DNA of 64,000 nt from Amoebophrya sp. A120. Taxonomy: Eukaryota > Protista > Dinoflagellata. The first letter of the stretch is position 1, and every line of letters begins with the position of its first letter. Below the pieces are notes generated by a model. That model ran no database searches and was not told where the DNA came from. It saw only the letters and a program-made list of their open reading frames with translations. This document shows, one piece after another, positions 61,205 through 64,000 of the stretch. The translations under genes were made by a program, and so were the position numbers. Location of the stretch: assembly GCA_905178155.1 (NCBI GenBank), contig CAJINV010000001.1, positions 11,949,832-12,013,831 on the forward strand. The letters are read 5' to 3'.

Positions 61205-61744
61205 AGTTGTGCCACGGTTGGTATCGGCTCCATCGTTTCTGATTTGTCTGCCCGTTCATTGATGTATCGTTCAACTCTCTAATAAGCGACAATAAGAATA
61301 AACCACCTTCTTGTTCCAAGAATGAATAAGTAACTACGACATGAAAAATGTATATGATAAGAAGCGCGCATTGTGCCACCGCAACCAGAACAAAGTGTGT
61401 GAAAAAGTGAAAAGTGAAGACCACTGTCTCCGTCGCGCTGGGCGCGCAATGCAGTGGTCTGCATGTTGACCGTTACTTAACTAGCAATGGAGTTGCTCAT
61501 GATGCGTGTTCCCTGTTGTTTGTGTTGAGGGCAATCTCCGGACATGCGAACTCTGGCCCAACGAATGTCAGTGATGCGGTCATTGCCGTTTCAGTTCTTA
61601 TATGCGGTGCTGGGCTCCTGTTGACTGCTTGTTAGCTAGTCCACGTGTTCACATACATACATACATACAAGCTCCTTCGTTCAGCTTTCCTCCGTGGTTT
61701 TTCTTTCACTGCTCGCTCGCCGAGCGCGAGCAGATAGCGTGAGA

Positions 61745-64000
61745 ATGGAACAAACGCCGAAGCAAGCGGCTGCTCCGTCGGAGCATGAAAACGCGCTTGC
61801 AGAGGAGAATGCGCGTCTCCGAAGACTCGCGCAAAAGCTTCAAGAAGAACGGGACTTCTTCGTCGAAAAGTACACGAGCTACGAGAACGAGCGTCAATTT
61901 TTGCTCGAAGAGGTCAGCCGGGTACGGGGAGACGTGCTCAGCAGGTGTGGTATGTTGGAGGTTTCATTTGTTGTAGTAATGGCTATCGCTATCGTTCAAA
62001 CTCAATGCAGAAGAAGGTCAAGATATTGACTGGAGAATACGTCATATCGCGCACCGCACATGACCTCCGATCCTCGCAAAATCCTTCTAGGTACAGATCG
62101 GAGCAGTCCTCGTCGCCCGCTGGTACTCCGGTCGCCCAGCCGTTTCTATTTGCGGAAGCGGAGCCCGCGACGGGCGGCCCTACCAGTAGCGAGAACGAAG
62201 AGATTTCTCCGGAAGGGGACGAGCCTGATGAGCACATGGAAGCTTATCGTGATGCGGGTTCTCACAACTTTCGAGCCTCGGGGATAGAGGAAGGCGTGCA
62301 GGGAGACGTGCGAGGTGACTTTTTGCGCACGTATGAGTCCGCGCTTCGCAATTTGCCGAGCAACAAGCGCCTGCTTGCCGAGCACTGGGACGTGCAGAAC
62401 AACAACGAGCCGACGTCTCGAGCCTCCGCGGCGCAGAATCTTTTTGTGGGCGAAGAGGAACTACAACTGCAGAAGCCAGTCGCACTGCCACGCAGCAGCC
62501 TGTTCGCAGAACAGGACCAAGAAGGACTGCAGAACGTGGAGGAGGAGGACTCCGTTGAGAATGACGTTCTTTCACAACAGGACGGAGTAGAAACGGATGA
62601 GCAAAGACATGCGTCCTCTAGTGACAGCCAGCGGGTTGCGTCGAGAAAATCCTCCTCCCAGACAGGTTCTGGGGATGAAGGCAAAGGAAACGAAGCGGGA
62701 GCCGGCGAGACTCCGTTTGTACCAGAGGAGCAGGCCCCTGACACGAGCGACAGAAAGCCGGGACAGTCTACTTCGGAGGGGCTCTCTTCGCGGATATTGA
62801 AGGAGAGCCGTCGGAACAAAAACGCCAGCGCCCAGAAGCTGAGCCAGCGATCTTTGATGGAGGTTCCCGCCAAGTTCCGCACGGGTTTGGCCTTCCGCGT
62901 GCCCACTTGCAGAGGGATCGATGCCACCAAAGCTGCTTCCAGTGGCGCGGTGGAAATGACACGGCGAGCAAGTTCCTCCCTGGTGGCGCAAACGCTGCAG
63001 CTGGTTGCAGAGGACAAGGCTTTTCTGCCTTTCTCGACGAAAAAGATGCTGGCCCGCGACTTCCGAACCGATCTGGCGCAGAAGCAGGATTCTCTACCGG
63101 CCGCGATGTTGCACGATCGACGTGACTTGGTCGCGAAAATGGGCGAGAACCTGGACAACGTGATCCCGTGGAAGCAGGCAACCTGGGAAGACAAGCTGAA
63201 AACCGCGACCGCGGACCAGTTTGTGTCGAATTCAAAGAAGTTGCGCAGTCTGATGCACGAACGCGAGGTGCAGGCCATGGGCAGTGACACTTCAACGAAC
63301 CAATGTCCCTGGCCGCTCGCCGAGCAGGCGGCGTGTCTGCAGCAACAGAACGCCGATGTCTGTCTGGCCAACAGCGAGCTGCCGTACGGGCCGCTTCGCC
63401 ATGCTGCCACCTTCGAGGGTGTGCACACAAGCTTAGTGTCCCGCTGCGTGGAGCATCCGAAGCTGCCGTTCGTCGGCACGGTAAGCGACGATAACACGTG
63501 GAAAATTACCGCAATCGAGTCGGGCGAAGTCGTCTTGACGGGCGCCGGTCACAAAGGCTGGGTCACGGACTTGGCTTTCCATCGCTGGGGCAATGTGGTG
63601 GTCACAACGGGTGTCGATCACTGCGTCAAATTGTGGAGCTTGCAGGAAGGTCTTCAGACAGAAAATGTTTTTTTTTTGATGCACGAAGAACGTTCGTTAA
63701 CATTAGTTACCATCGGTGCGACCTTGTGACGTCAAATGAAGATCAGCATCTTCCCTAATATGATTTTGCGCTTCGATCAGGTCGTTGCGTACACACTTTC
63801 GTCCCGGAAAATTGTCGAAATTTGTGGGCTTGTGCGGCGCACGACTTCTCGGATTTCTTTGCAGTCGCCGGCGACGACGGCGTGGCACGCGTTTACGACA
63901 TGGTGACAAGGAAGTTGCGGCAAAGCATGCGCGGACACGTGGGCGCGATTACGTCGTTGGTGTTCGAAAATTTTGGGAACCTACTCACCACGTCTTCCAA
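61745..64000 (+). CDS. Coiled-coil + WD40 repeat protein, SPAG16/PF20-like (flagellar central pair); runs off the window end
   Basis: LQEERDFF coiled coil; WD repeats HPKLPFVGTVSDDNTWK, GAGHKGWV...VKLW, RGHVGAI; GT-AG introns 61945-62090 and 63650-63780. Confidence 0.78.

Noticed and set aside
61651-61669. (ACAT)n microsatellite, and (ATCCTG)3 near 41126
   Set aside because: Trivial short tandem repeats.

Overview
Eukaryotic, intron-containing DNA, most consistent with a syndinian dinoflagellate such as Amoebophrya (inference from unidirectional gene order, a dinoflagellate-type DDGS-OMT fusion and inverted-repeat introns). I can reconstruct 16 protein-coding genes by hand, all on the + strand: a DDG-synthase/O-methyltransferase fusion, an RRM/RS protein, CDC14, an ArgE-like M20 deacetylase, a cold-shock protein, a disordered protein, a CK1-like probable pseudokinase, an unknown single-exon protein, a LIM-domain protein, a large APP1-like phosphatase, a small probable mitochondrial protein and a second small basic protein, a DHHC palmitoyltransferase, a HAD (RNA-repair type) protein, DDX1 and a truncated SPAG16/PF20-like WD40 gene. 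Most introns are ordinary GT-AG. Five coding sequences are instead interrupted by related TAT...ATA terminal-inverted-repeat elements with 5-bp target duplications (two subfamilies, 265-1258 bp, both orientations). Precise removal of each element restores the reading frame, and none has GT-AG ends. An intergenic 1.3-kb cassette holds seven regularly interspaced CCTACCTACCTAC motifs with unique 42-60 nt spacers, bracketed by two 44-bp palindromic direct repeats. I recognised no rRNA, tRNA, cas gene or intact transposase. All gene models and family assignments come from reading the sequence; no searches were run.
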